A stretch of 26,426 nt of DNA. Source: Candidatus Hermodarchaeota archaeon (GTDB taxonomy: Archaea; Asgardarchaeota; Heimdallarchaeia; Hodarchaeales; Hodarchaeaceae). A program made the position numbers and the translations under genes. Where the stretch lies: assembly GCA_048886185.1 (NCBI GenBank), contig JBHLKY010000036.1, forward strand, positions 1 through 26,426, in the 5' to 3' direction. The notes below the pieces were generated by a model, which had not been told where the DNA came from, did no database searches, and worked only from the letters and a program-made list of their open reading frames with translations. Below are positions 25,864-26,426 of this stretch, one piece after another. Position 1 is the first letter of the stretch. Each line of letters opens with the position of its first letter.

Positions 25864-26259
25864 CTATGCAGGCCATTTCCACGCATGCCAAATAATCAAA
25901 ATATAAATTATAATTTCTACAATGGCATAAAGGATGTAATAGGCCCAAGCTCCTGGCATAAGCAATGTAATAAGTATAACACCAATAAAAACTATACCCA
26001 AGATTATGTTTACCCAGCGATTTACTTTTTCCATCAATATCAGGGAGAGGAAAACCATTAAACTCGGAATCGCCATTAATAGTGCACTGAACACCAGAAA
26101 TTCTGGAGTAATCTGTACTCCTCCAATTTCTCCTGTTAATAATTCCGCCAGGTTTCCTGGTTTATAAAATCCCAAAACATCCGCATAAGAATAAAAAAAC
26201 ATTACTGATGTCCAGAGAGCTGATAGCTTTATCTTAACATTAATTTTCATATCTTCCAT
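25864..26259 (-). CDS. DUF6326-like membrane protein
   Basis: KLSALWTSVMFFYSYADVLGFYKPG...LMAIPSLMVFLSL...NRWVNII...AYY...VE...LIIWHAWKWP pattern recalled for this family; GGTGA SD upstream. Confidence 0.8.
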   Translation of the reverse strand: MEDMKINVKIKLSALWTSVMFFYSYADVLGFYKPGNLAELLTGEIGGVQITPEFLVFSALLMAIPSLMVFLSLILMEKVNRWVNIILGIVFIGVILITLLMPGAWAYYILYAIVEIIIYILIIWHAWKWPA

Positions 26260-26426
26260 AATTTATTCACCATTTTTTCAGTTGTATTGTTTCATTCATT
26301 TGTTACAAGTCATACACAATAAAATTGCTTAACCTAAAGATAACAAAACATCTTGGTTAAAGCCTTTGATTATTAACCAGAAGGCTATAATTAATTCAAA
26401 TAACAGGGTTGGAAGTGAAAGCACTA

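Noticed and set aside
1-26426. CRISPR arrays, tRNA/rRNA genes, IS elements, integrases, defence systems
   Set aside because: No regularly spaced repeats, RNA-gene signatures, transposase or recombinase motifs were seen by eye. Short ncRNAs cannot be excluded without covariance-model searches.

Overview
AT-rich archaeal chromosomal window, most consistent with an Asgard archaeon (Heimdallarchaeia-like). This is inferred from an Arf-type GTPase beside archaeal replication genes, GGAG/GGTGA Shine-Dalgarno motifs and a C-terminally anchored FG-GAP surface protein. Left to right: (1) two divergent ClC+CBS channel/transporter paralogues; the first is on the minus strand, runs off the left edge and is missing from the ORF track; (2) a small membrane protein; (3) an uncharacterised two-gene unit (wHTH/coiled-coil/RHH-like protein plus a double Zn-ribbon/polyproline protein) preceded by three copies of a TAGAC-N5-TATAT box; (4) a minus-strand cyaB-NOP2/RsmB-nip7 operon; (5) a TPR/SNAP-like protein convergent with an Arf-like GTPase; (6) a plus-strand run of class I-like deacetylase, cdc6/orc1, GINS23, intein-containing MCM, intein-containing Hel308 and a Nudix hydrolase; (7) a decayed gene remnant, a 7-bladed FG-GAP surface protein and a DUF6326-like membrane protein. 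The best leads are the operator array plus two-gene unit at 5249-7200, the two inteins, and a candidate non-canonical origin between cdc6 and gins. Both inteins lack the same LAGLIDADG catalytic Asp; one also lacks the block B His and the other carries a Zn-clamped winged-helix insert. All family calls are from motif recognition by eye; no searches were run.
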